Below, in pieces: positions 10,954-18,674 of a DNA stretch of 64,000 bases (positions are counted from its first letter, which is position 1; each line of letters starts with the position of its first letter). Position numbers and translations under genes: made by a program. This DNA comes from Synechococcus sp. (GTDB lineage Bacteria > Cyanobacteriota > Cyanobacteriia > PCC-6307 > Cyanobiaceae): contig JBJBCN010000003.1 of NCBI GenBank assembly GCA_047285805.1, positions 672,001 through 736,000 on the forward strand. Direction: 5' to 3'. The notes under the pieces were generated by a model that did not search any database, was not told the DNA's origin, and saw only the letters and a program-made list of their open reading frames with translations.

Positions 10954-12426
10954 ATGGCTGCTGAGGCCGCCTGGGAAGCAGTGATCGGCTTGGAGACCCA
11001 TGTGCAACTGGGGACCAACAGCAAGATCTTTACCAGTGCCTCCACCACCTTTGGGGACGATCCCAACACCCATATCGATCCGGTGGTTTGCGGTCTGCCT
11101 GGCACCCTTCCGGTGCTGAATCAGAAGGTGCTGGAGTACGCAGTGAAGGCGTCGATGGCCCTCAACCTGAATATTGCTGAGCACAGCAAATTCGATCGTA
11201 AGCAATATTTCTATCCGGACCTGCCCAAGAACTACCAAATTTCCCAGTACGACGAACCGATCGCTGAGGACGGCTGGATTGATGTCGAAGTTGCTGAGAA
11301 AGGCAAAGAGACCTATCTCAAAAAGATTGGAATTGAGCGCCTCCACATGGAGGAGGATGCCGGCAAGTTGGTCCACGCCGGTAGTGATCGCCTTGCCGGC
11401 TCCACCCATTCTTTGGTGGACTACAACCGCGCTGGTGTGGCCCTCGCTGAGATCGTGAGCAAGCCCGATTTACGCACCGGCCGGGAGGCGGCGGAGTACG
11501 CCTCGGAGATCCGCCGGATCATGCGCTATTTGGGCGTCAGCGACGGAAATATGCAGGAGGGTTCCCTGCGCTGTGATGTCAACATCTCTGTGCGCCGTGG
11601 GCCGGATGCGCCCTTTGGTACGAAGGTGGAGATCAAGAATATGAACTCCTTCTCGGCCATCCAGAAGGCCTGTGAGTACGAGATTCAGCGTCAGATCAAG
11701 GCCTACGAAACGGGCGAACCGATCGTTCAGGAGACACGCCTTTGGGATGAGGGCAAGCAGCTCACCAAGAGCATGCGCAGTAAGGAGGGAGCAAGCGATT
11801 ACCGCTACTTCCCCGATCCTGACCTGGGACCGATAGAAGTAAGCGCCGAGCTCCGGGAAGGTTGGCGCTCTGAGTTGCCCGAGCTGCCGGCAGCCAAGCG
11901 CCACCGCTACGCCGAAGACCTCGGCCTGTCCCAGTACGACGCCCGCGTGCTGACGGACGAGCGTCCGATGGCGGAATTCTTCGAGGCGGCTGTGGCCACC
12001 GGAGCAGACCCCAAAGGTGTGTCGAATTGGATCACCGGTGACATTGCCGCATACGTCAATGCCAACCGTCTGAGCTACACGGAATTGGCCTTCCGCCCGG
12101 AACAGCTGGCGGAGATGGTGAAGCTGATCGACGATGGCAAGATCAGCGGCAAGATCGCCAAGGAAATCCTTCCTGATTTGCTGGAGAAGGGTGGCTCACC
12201 GGCCAAGATTGTCGATGAGCGGGGCCTCGGCATGATCAGTGACCCTGCCGCGATCACCGCGATCGTGGAAGAGCTTCTGGCTGCTCACCCTGAAGAGGTC
12301 GAAGCCTTCCGCGGCGGAAAGAATAAGCTACAGGGCTTCTTTGTCGGTCAGCTGATGAAGAAGACTGGTGGTAAGGCTGATCCGAAACTGGCAAACCAGA
12401 TCTTGAGCCAGAAGTTGAAAGGATAG
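10954..12426 (+). CDS. gatB: Asp/Glu-tRNA amidotransferase subunit B
   Basis: VIGLETHVQL, FDRKQYFYPDLPK, HMEEDAGK, DYRYFPDPDL. Confidence 0.98.
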   Translation: MAAEAAWEAVIGLETHVQLGTNSKIFTSASTTFGDDPNTHIDPVVCGLPGTLPVLNQKVLEYAVKASMALNLNIAEHSKFDRKQYFYPDLPKNYQISQYDEPIAEDGWIDVEVAEKGKETYLKKIGIERLHMEEDAGKLVHAGSDRLAGSTHSLVDYNRAGVALAEIVSKPDLRTGREAAEYASEIRRIMRYLGVSDGNMQEGSLRCDVNISVRRGPDAPFGTKVEIKNMNSFSAIQKACEYEIQRQIKAYETGEPIVQETRLWDEGKQLTKSMRSKEGASDYRYFPDPDLGPIEVSAELREGWRSELPELPAAKRHRYAEDLGLSQYDARVLTDERPMAEFFEAAVATGADPKGVSNWITGDIAAYVNANRLSYTELAFRPEQLAEMVKLIDDGKISGKIAKEILPDLLEKGGSPAKIVDERGLGMISDPAAITAIVEELLAAHPEEVEAFRGGKNKLQGFFVGQLMKKTGGKADPKLANQILSQKLKG

Positions 12427-12446
12427 CCTCTTTGTTTGTGAGGCAT

Positions 12447-13073
12447 TCAGAGCACAATCTGGATGCCTTTCTTTAAATGTTTTTCCGTGCTGATTGACAC
12501 CCTGTTGTCAATCAGCACGTCGCTGAGGGGTCTTTTCTGGTCTATCGGCCACTGGGCGTTGATCCGCGCCTCTGCCTCGACAACGCTCAGCCCATCGCGC
12601 TGCATGAGGCGTTCTAGTTGCTGCGCTTCGTCGCAATCCACGAGCCAGATCTCGCTGCAGAGCTCTTCGAGCCCGGACTCGAAGAGCAGTGGAATCATCA
12701 GCACCACCGTTGGCTCCGCCACGAGCTCAGCGAGAGCTAGGTCAAAACGCTGGCGCACGAGCGGATGGACGAGCTGCTCCAGCCAGCGTTTTTCGGAGTG
12801 GTCAGAAAAGACAATCGAGCCGAGGGCCCCGCGATCGATCGTCGGCCACTCTGGGCCCGTGCCATCGGCTCGAACGGTGTCGCCGTAGCGCTGCAGCACA
12901 GCTGCGGCACCAGGGCGGCCAGGAGCGAGGACCTCGCGGGCGTAGTGGTCAGCATCCAGAACGGGGAGCCCCTCGGCTTCAAGCAGCCGGCCAACCGTGC
13001 TTTTGCCCGTCGCAATGCCGCCGGTCAGGCCGATCCGTCGTTGCGCTCCGCACCAACGTGACGACCGGCTCAT
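12447..13073 (-). CDS. coaE: dephospho-CoA kinase
   Basis: IGLTGGIATGKST P-loop, LDAD, IPLLFE. Confidence 0.95.
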   Translation of the reverse strand: MSRSSRWCGAQRRIGLTGGIATGKSTVGRLLEAEGLPVLDADHYAREVLAPGRPGAAAVLQRYGDTVRADGTGPEWPTIDRGALGSIVFSDHSEKRWLEQLVHPLVRQRFDLALAELVAEPTVVLMIPLLFESGLEELCSEIWLVDCDEAQQLERLMQRDGLSVVEAEARINAQWPIDQKRPLSDVLIDNRVSISTEKHLKKGIQIVL

Positions 13074-13128
13074 TGAGGCAGGGCTGACTGCATCTCAGAA
13101 TCGCAGGAGTTCCTCTCGCTCACCAGTT

Positions 13129-14358
13129 GTGACGCAGTCCTGGCGATTGATTGCAGGTGGCGTGACGGCGCCCCGGGGCTTTCAAGCCGCCGGGATGACC
13201 GCCGGATTGAAGGCCTCCGGCAAGCCGGACCTCTCGCTCTTGCTGGCCCCTGAGGGCGCCGCCTGTGGGGGGACCTTCACGACCTCGTTGGTGCGGGCGG
13301 CCTGTGTGGACCTTTGCTCCGACCGATTGGCGGCCAGTGGGGGCACCGCCCGGGCGGTGCTCACCAACTCCGGTCAGGCCAACGCCTGCACGGGTGACCG
13401 TGGCCTGATTGACAGCATCCGCGCCACCCAGGCCGTGGCTGACCGCCTTGGGCTCGCCGCTGAAGAGGTCTTGATCTGCTCCACCGGAGTCATTGGGGTC
13501 CCGATCCCGATGGAGACCTTGTTGCAGGCCATCGACCCGCTGGCGGAAGGCCTCTCGTCAGAGGGCGGCCCTGCGGCAGCCCAGGCGATCCTCACGACGG
13601 ACCTGATCGACAAGCAAATCGCTCTTGAGGCTGATCTGGGTGGTCAGACCGTTCGCATCGGTGGGATGGCGAAAGGCTCGGGAATGATTCACCCGAACAT
13701 GGCCACGATGCTCGGCTATCTGAGCTGTGATGCTGGTGTTCCCGCGGAGGTTTGGCAGGGGATGGTCTCCCGCGCCGTGCGGCGCTCCTTCAATGCGATC
13801 ACGGTCGATGGCGACACCAGCACGAACGACACCTATCTGGCCTTTGCGGGCGGTCCCGCCCTTGACCCGGCCCACTACGCGGCCCTGGAAGAGGGGGTGA
13901 CTGCCGTTTCGCAGCATCTGGCCAAGGCGATTGCCCGGGATGGCGAAGGGGCCACCTGTCTCCTGGAAGTGCGGGTCGAAGGAGCCATCAGTGAGGCGGA
14001 TGCCCTGGCTATCGCCCGCACCGTTTGCGGGTCGTCCTTGGTCAAGACCGCTGTCCACGGCCGCGATCCGAACTGGGGCCGGATCGTGGCAGCGGCAGGT
14101 CGAGCAGGTGTTCCGTTCCAGCCCGGGGCCGTCGCGCTCTGGTTAGGGGCACACCAGCTCATGGAAGCAGGTCAACCCTTGGCCTTCAATCGTGCAGCTG
14201 CCTCGGCCTACATGCGCGATCGGGCTGTTGGCGCCTACCTCTTGGAGGACAGTATTCAGATCCGCCTTTCGGTAGGCGATGGCTCAGGTAGCGGCTTTGC
14301 CTGGGGCTGCGATCTCTCTGATCAGTACGTCCGCATCAACGCCGACTACACTACGTAG
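13129..14358 (+). CDS. argJ: ornithine acetyltransferase ArgJ; final codons supplied by the integrated element
   Basis: NSGQANA, STGVIG, KGSGMIHPNMATML, DGDTSTND, DGEGA, DPNWGR, C-terminus INADYTT; start GTG 13129 is my choice. Confidence 0.96.
   Translation: MTQSWRLIAGGVTAPRGFQAAGMTAGLKASGKPDLSLLLAPEGAACGGTFTTSLVRAACVDLCSDRLAASGGTARAVLTNSGQANACTGDRGLIDSIRATQAVADRLGLAAEEVLICSTGVIGVPIPMETLLQAIDPLAEGLSSEGGPAAAQAILTTDLIDKQIALEADLGGQTVRIGGMAKGSGMIHPNMATMLGYLSCDAGVPAEVWQGMVSRAVRRSFNAITVDGDTSTNDTYLAFAGGPALDPAHYAALEEGVTAVSQHLAKAIARDGEGATCLLEVRVEGAISEADALAIARTVCGSSLVKTAVHGRDPNWGRIVAAAGRAGVPFQPGAVALWLGAHQLMEAGQPLAFNRAAASAYMRDRAVGAYLLEDSIQIRLSVGDGSGSGFAWGCDLSDQYVRINADYTT
14334..14350 (+). repeat. left att core
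   Basis: CATCAACGCCGACTACA identical to 22321-22337; the preceding GTACGT is also shared (23/26 identical). Confidence 0.93.
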
Positions 14359-14404
14359 TCCAGAACACCTGTATTTGCAAGGGTTCTCAGCTGCGGTAGT
14401 CGTT

Positions 14405-14422
14405 GGGTAACGGTCGGGTAAC
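14405..14422 (+). promoter_or_regulatory. putative integrase arm-type sites (left arm)
   Basis: GGGTAAC twice with an 11-bp period; the same GGTAAC occurs four times beside the right att core. Confidence 0.7.
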
Positions 14423-15082
14423 AGACTTGATACACGTGTGGCGGAACCAAAAACGTCTACTGATACGCCACTCACACAAGCATGATTCGTAGGTAGAAAT
14501 ACCTACTTAGATGCTGGTGAAGAGTTGTTGAGACAGTTCTGCGCTGTCCAACTTGGCGCGTATCTGCATCAATGAAAGTTACGCAGAAGAGAAAAACCCA
14601 GTTATGACGCTGGGTTTCGACTCCCTCGTTGTCCAGAAACGCTTGGTTTGGACAAAAGCCGTCCCTTCACGGCTCTAATGGCAATCTATCTCATCGTCTA
14701 AGCGCCCGCAAGATAAGCCTATGAGGCGTGTCTACTCAGGCTTTGGGCTAGTTGGTACAGAAAGACGGTATGAGCGCCTTGCTGGCTGCGTGAGACTTGG
14801 CAGAACGCACCAAATGCAATGAAGCTAAGCATTAGGGCGTGTGAGAAAAGTTCAAGGAGATTACGTAAGTTTGTTGAGAACTAAACACAATCCAATCCTT
14901 AAGTAATAAATCACTCGATCTAGGAGGGGTACTGAAAACGACACCCCGGCACGGGGCTTACTGCGTACTGGTACCTATGTAATACCCCTTGAGAAAAATA
15001 TTTCACTTTTTCTGCTTAGACCACATGCGCCTATGCAAGTCGGTATAAATATAAGTAAGGATGCAAGCCAGAAGAAGCTCAA

Positions 15083-15256
15083 TTATAACGCTTGCTGGCT
15101 GAGCAGATTGAATACTCCAGCCCGAGCAGCTAGCCAATATGCCACATTGTCTGGCTCAGTCGGTCCACTGAAGAAGAAGATCCAAGACGCAAGAAGAGCA
15201 GGACCGAGAGTGCAGTTAATAAGGATTGTATAGAAGATTCTGCCAAACTTTGTCAT
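15083..15256 (-). CDS. small putative membrane protein (57 aa)
   Basis: Not in the ORF track. Hand translation MTKFGRIFYTILINCTLGPALLASWIFFFSGPTEPDNVAYWLAARAGVFNLLSQQAL*; starts about 20 nt after the stop of the Zn-finger ORF on the same strand. Confidence 0.6.
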   Translation of the reverse strand: MTKFGRIFYTILINCTLGPALLASWIFFFSGPTEPDNVAYWLAARAGVFNLLSQQAL

Positions 15257-15275
15257 TCACATCGATCAGAGGCTT

Positions 15276-15635
15276 TCAGCAATTTAGTTGTTTCCAAGGT
15301 CCTTGTCTAGCTTTACGTTCCTCCTTGTACTCATCGTCCCAAGTCCATGACATCCATCCCATTCTTCGGGCTTCCTCCATTCGGAACCTTTCTCCTGTCC
15401 TCTTCCACGGCATAGGACCATAGACGAAAGGGTTTTTATTGAGACCTAACTCTTTCCACCATCCTTCTTTATGTGGGATGAATGGAGGATTACAAGTCCT
15501 ACATGGACGTGATAGACAGTCTTCTACTGCTTTACTGGTAAGAGATCCTTTTGCTTTTGTTTTTGCTCCACACTGGGAACAAGTGATGATTGTTAGAACT
15601 TTGTTGTCTACATAAGTTTGATTAGCGGTTTTCAT
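15276..15635 (-). CDS. hypothetical zinc-ribbon protein
   Basis: CSQC...CRTC pair and a Trp-rich C-terminus; start at MKTANQ (15635) preferred, 15734 possible. Confidence 0.7.
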   Translation of the reverse strand: MKTANQTYVDNKVLTIITCSQCGAKTKAKGSLTSKAVEDCLSRPCRTCNPPFIPHKEGWWKELGLNKNPFVYGPMPWKRTGERFRMEEARRMGWMSWTWDDEYKEERKARQGPWKQLNC

Positions 15636-15901
15636 TTTCTTTGAAGGGTGTTTCGTTAACCATCTCCACAACGGGAAATGGAACGCACCCAAGACGAACC
15701 AGTGGAATCGAACCACTGCTGAGTCGCCAGACATTCGTTTTACACATTAAGTAATTGGTTAAGTCAGTCCACCCTTCTGACTTCCCGTAGAGCATGACTT
15801 CTACGGGTAGACAACCAACTGGTAATGCTCCAGTTCTTAGATCACTTGATGGTTGCTGCGTATGTCATTAGTCTTGAGTTATTCACCCTCACTTGAAAGT
15901 G

Positions 15902-16192
15902 ATGTACGTCCCTAAGACGTTAATCATTATTTTTCTCATCATTGGGGTCACTATTTACCTAAATACTAATCATCCAAACAATCCTGCTTGGCAGAAGATC
16001 AAGAGTATTTGCGGTGGCATTTTTCTTATTACTGTAGGAGTACCTTTGGCAGGCTTTGGGCTTGGTATCTGGCTATCTGAACAGGCTGGTTGGGACAAGA
16101 ATGGATGGAAAGCGGGTCTTACCACTTTATTCTTTGGCTTTGGATTGCCAGGAACTATTGTTTATGTACTTGTTCTACTGAATGTCTTCTAA
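15902..16192 (+). CDS. small membrane protein, about 3 hydrophobic helices
   Basis: Three long hydrophobic stretches in the 99-aa ORF; ATG 15902 or TTG 15893. Confidence 0.7.
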   Translation: MYVPKTLIIIFLIIGVTIYLNTNHPNNPAWQKIKSICGGIFLITVGVPLAGFGLGIWLSEQAGWDKNGWKAGLTTLFFGFGLPGTIVYVLVLLNVF

Positions 16193-16253
16193 GTAAGTAT
16201 TTATAGGCTTCAATAAGATCCACGCAGTAAGAGAAATTAATTAAAGTATGTGT

Positions 16254-16284
16254 GTTCACTCAGTCGCTTCGCTCCTTCGTTCAC
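16254..16284 (-). other. primosome-assembly-site (PAS/ssi)-like motif
   Basis: Minus strand GAACGAAGGAGCGAAGCGACTGAGTGA versus the ColE1/pUC pas region as I recall it, GAACGACCGAGCGCAGCGAGTCAGTGA. Confidence 0.55.
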
Positions 16285-16366
16285 AACAAATAAGTAAATA
16301 GAAATTTTGTCGTTAGGGTTTACCTCTTTATTCCCTACTTCGTAGTAGGAGGGTAAGGGCTAAAAG

Positions 16367-17548
16367 TCAGTGTTCATCAGGCTTTTGATAGGAAGGATGG
16401 AAATAGGTACCAATCCCGTGGAAGGGTTTCTGATTCTTTGGAATCTTGAGTTCAGGTATGTCCGTTAGAACACGACCCCGATAACGGACTTGTATGGGTT
16501 TCTGCTCAACTGCTTTCATATCGGCTTCTGCCTTATCTCGTACCTTTTTGAGAGTTGCAGTATCTAGTGATTTCCAGTCGCCGTCAAAGTTTTGATCTAA
16601 CCATTCACTTATACGTTCTTGATGCAACTCTTCAAACAAGAGATGAATCATTAATTCGAGTTCATCCTCTGTAAGGTCGCTATCGTCTTCACTATCTAAA
16701 GCCGCTTCTGCATCAATTCTGGATAGACAAAGGTGATGCATGAGTCTTCTTATCTCGGCCTCTCTGTCATCAAACTTGCCTTCATTGAGCAGTTGCTGAA
16801 TCTCCGATTCAAATGGATCCAGTCTCTGCATGCCTAACTGGATCAGTGCATCTATCTCATTGCTGTCTGCATACTTGTTCTCAGCCTTATAAAGGCGACG
16901 CAGCTTCTTTTGCTGCTCCCTCTCCAGATAGCGATCGAACGCGCGTTCTTCGGCTTCATCCCAAGCCTCCTGAGATGCATCCCTGAGGCTGGTGAGCTTA
17001 GTAGGAGCACCATCATGGGCAGAGCTCCACTTTCTAAATAGTTCTTTTTGACTACGCCTGCTGGAATTGTCGAGCTTGGCGAGGTCTTCGATCCTGATTT
17101 GATTTCTAAGCCATATAAAAGAAAGTCTCAGTAGTTCTCCATCTGTTAACCCGACTTCTTTTGCGGCAGCCTGTAATTCTTTCTTTTCGGCGGAAGGAAG
17201 CTTGAGTACTAATTTTTCATTTCTACTCTCATGACCTTTCTCTGTTGCTCCAGACCTGCATCGCTCTAGATCTCTGTCGAGGACAGGACAGCCAGCTGAA
17301 ATAAATTCGTAAATACAAATCCTCAAAGCCTGCCTTTCATTGCACTCAAGCGTATTGCTAAGACCTTCGATAATCTGCGTTTCTTGGTGCGATACGACCG
17401 CCTTAAGAGATGCAGCGCATCTTTCTCTTGATTGGTTGATCGGGTGCTTTTCAGTATTGAAGCGGAACTGCTTAATGCAGAAGTAGTAGAGGATTCCTTT
17501 GTCTGCAGAGCCAAGCCGCCTGCTCTGGTTGTATTTGTTCTGTGGCAT
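16367..17548 (-). CDS. hypothetical protein with tandem ribbon-helix-helix-like domains and acidic helical C-terminus
   Basis: KLVLKLPSAEKKELQAAAKEVGLTDGELLRL fits an RHH pattern; a weaker copy is SLKAVVSHQETQIIEGLSNTLECNERQALR. Confidence 0.75.
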   Translation of the reverse strand: MPQNKYNQSRRLGSADKGILYYFCIKQFRFNTEKHPINQSRERCAASLKAVVSHQETQIIEGLSNTLECNERQALRICIYEFISAGCPVLDRDLERCRSGATEKGHESRNEKLVLKLPSAEKKELQAAAKEVGLTDGELLRLSFIWLRNQIRIEDLAKLDNSSRRSQKELFRKWSSAHDGAPTKLTSLRDASQEAWDEAEERAFDRYLEREQQKKLRRLYKAENKYADSNEIDALIQLGMQRLDPFESEIQQLLNEGKFDDREAEIRRLMHHLCLSRIDAEAALDSEDDSDLTEDELELMIHLLFEELHQERISEWLDQNFDGDWKSLDTATLKKVRDKAEADMKAVEQKPIQVRYRGRVLTDIPELKIPKNQKPFHGIGTYFHPSYQKPDEH

Positions 17549-17869
17549 TGTCGTTCTTAATGTGTATGTGTAATGCCTGTATGGCTCTCTGTGCAGCGTT
17601 ATGCACAGGCTATATGGGATGTGATGGATTGCCAGCCAGAGTCGGCTTCCTGGCGCTCTTTGACTGATTGCGCCTGTCGGTCAGCGCGTGCTCTGGCGCA
17701 GCAGTCCAGATTGGACGATTCGTCCAGTCGATGCCGAGAACCCTTGGCATGACTGGGTTTCGCCTCCTCGTCTGCGCCTCTCGCCTCGTGCTGGCGGGTT
17801 GCAGAAATCGTGGCGGCACTTGTGCTTTGTCCTGCTGGTAGATAGTTTTGTCGCAGGTGCGCCTTCTTG

Positions 17870-18475
17870 ATGTCCGAGATCGTTGACGTTGTCGAATCTC
17901 TAGACGTAAGAGACGCCGATAAAGTCGTGCTTCCAGAGAGCGCGGTGGTCGGCTGCAACGGGGTGCAGATCCAGTTGATGAAGGAAACTGTTGCCAGTGT
18001 GCAAACGAGTTTTGCTGTTGCTGGTGCTGCTATGCGTAGTGCCGCGCAGGAGCTTTATCACCTGCGTGGAGCGCTGGCTAAGCGGAAGCTTTGGAATCAG
18101 TTCATTAAGAGCGGTGCTCTGCCTATCTCGCCAAAGGTTGCTCAGGACTTGGCGAATGGCTGGGATAAGTGGCTGAAGGACAGCGACCTTTCAGATGGTG
18201 CTCTGATCAATCTCTCCTCTCGGACTCTTAATCGCATCGCCAACGCTGATCCTGAGGTTCAGATGAAGGCTACGAAGACCCTCAAGGCGGGTAAGAAAGT
18301 CACCGAGAAGATGGCGGATGACTGGATCAAAAACCTCTCTTCCGAGTATCAAGGAAAGGTGATGACGATCACCAAGAAGGCAGGTGAGGTGGGCAAACTC
18401 AAGGCGAGGATTAAGGAACTGGAGAAAGAGAACAGAGAACTAAAAGAGAAGTACGCATCCTTCATGGCTCAGTGA
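17870..18475 (+). CDS. hypothetical protein, DUF3102-like, with C-terminal coiled coil
   Basis: ELYHLRGAL...WNQFIK...LPISPKVAQ resembles the DUF3102 helical pattern; KLKARIKELEKENRELKEK heptads. Family call is tentative. Confidence 0.7.
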   Translation: MSEIVDVVESLDVRDADKVVLPESAVVGCNGVQIQLMKETVASVQTSFAVAGAAMRSAAQELYHLRGALAKRKLWNQFIKSGALPISPKVAQDLANGWDKWLKDSDLSDGALINLSSRTLNRIANADPEVQMKATKTLKAGKKVTEKMADDWIKNLSSEYQGKVMTITKKAGEVGKLKARIKELEKENRELKEKYASFMAQ

Positions 18476-18479
18476 TCTG

Positions 18480-18674
18480 ATGTCCCCAATTCCTCCTCGT
18501 CACTACCCTCCCAACGTTTACGGGTTTATTGACTATGCGTCTCGCATATCTCGTCCTGCTGGTTGGAAGCACGATATGTGCGGCGACATTTGCAAGTACT
18601 CGCTCAACACAGCAGTTATCAGGACGATGATCGAGACGAATGGAATTGACTACTACAAGACCGTTGCGTTATGA
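18480..18674 (+). CDS. small hypothetical protein (64 aa)
   Basis: Starts 4 nt after the previous stop; ATGA overlap with the next ORF. Confidence 0.65.
   Translation: MSPIPPRHYPPNVYGFIDYASRISRPAGWKHDMCGDICKYSLNTAVIRTMIETNGIDYYKTVAL

Noticed and set aside
14970..14983. Cyanobacterial LexA box-like GGTAC-N4-GTAAT
   Set aside because: Imperfect and not upstream of a convincing gene.
15033..15423. Plus-strand 66-aa and 65-aa ORFs
   Set aside because: Probably shadows of the better-supported minus-strand membrane and Zn-finger ORFs.
15741..17566. 11-mer TACACATTAAG near the possible starts of two island genes
   Set aside because: Opposite orientations relative to the genes, and 11-mer matches are expected by chance in 8 kb of AT-rich DNA.
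14479..17810. Retron, DGR or group II intron suggested by the hairpin clusters
   Set aside because: No reverse transcriptase motif (YxDD in RT context) in any island ORF.
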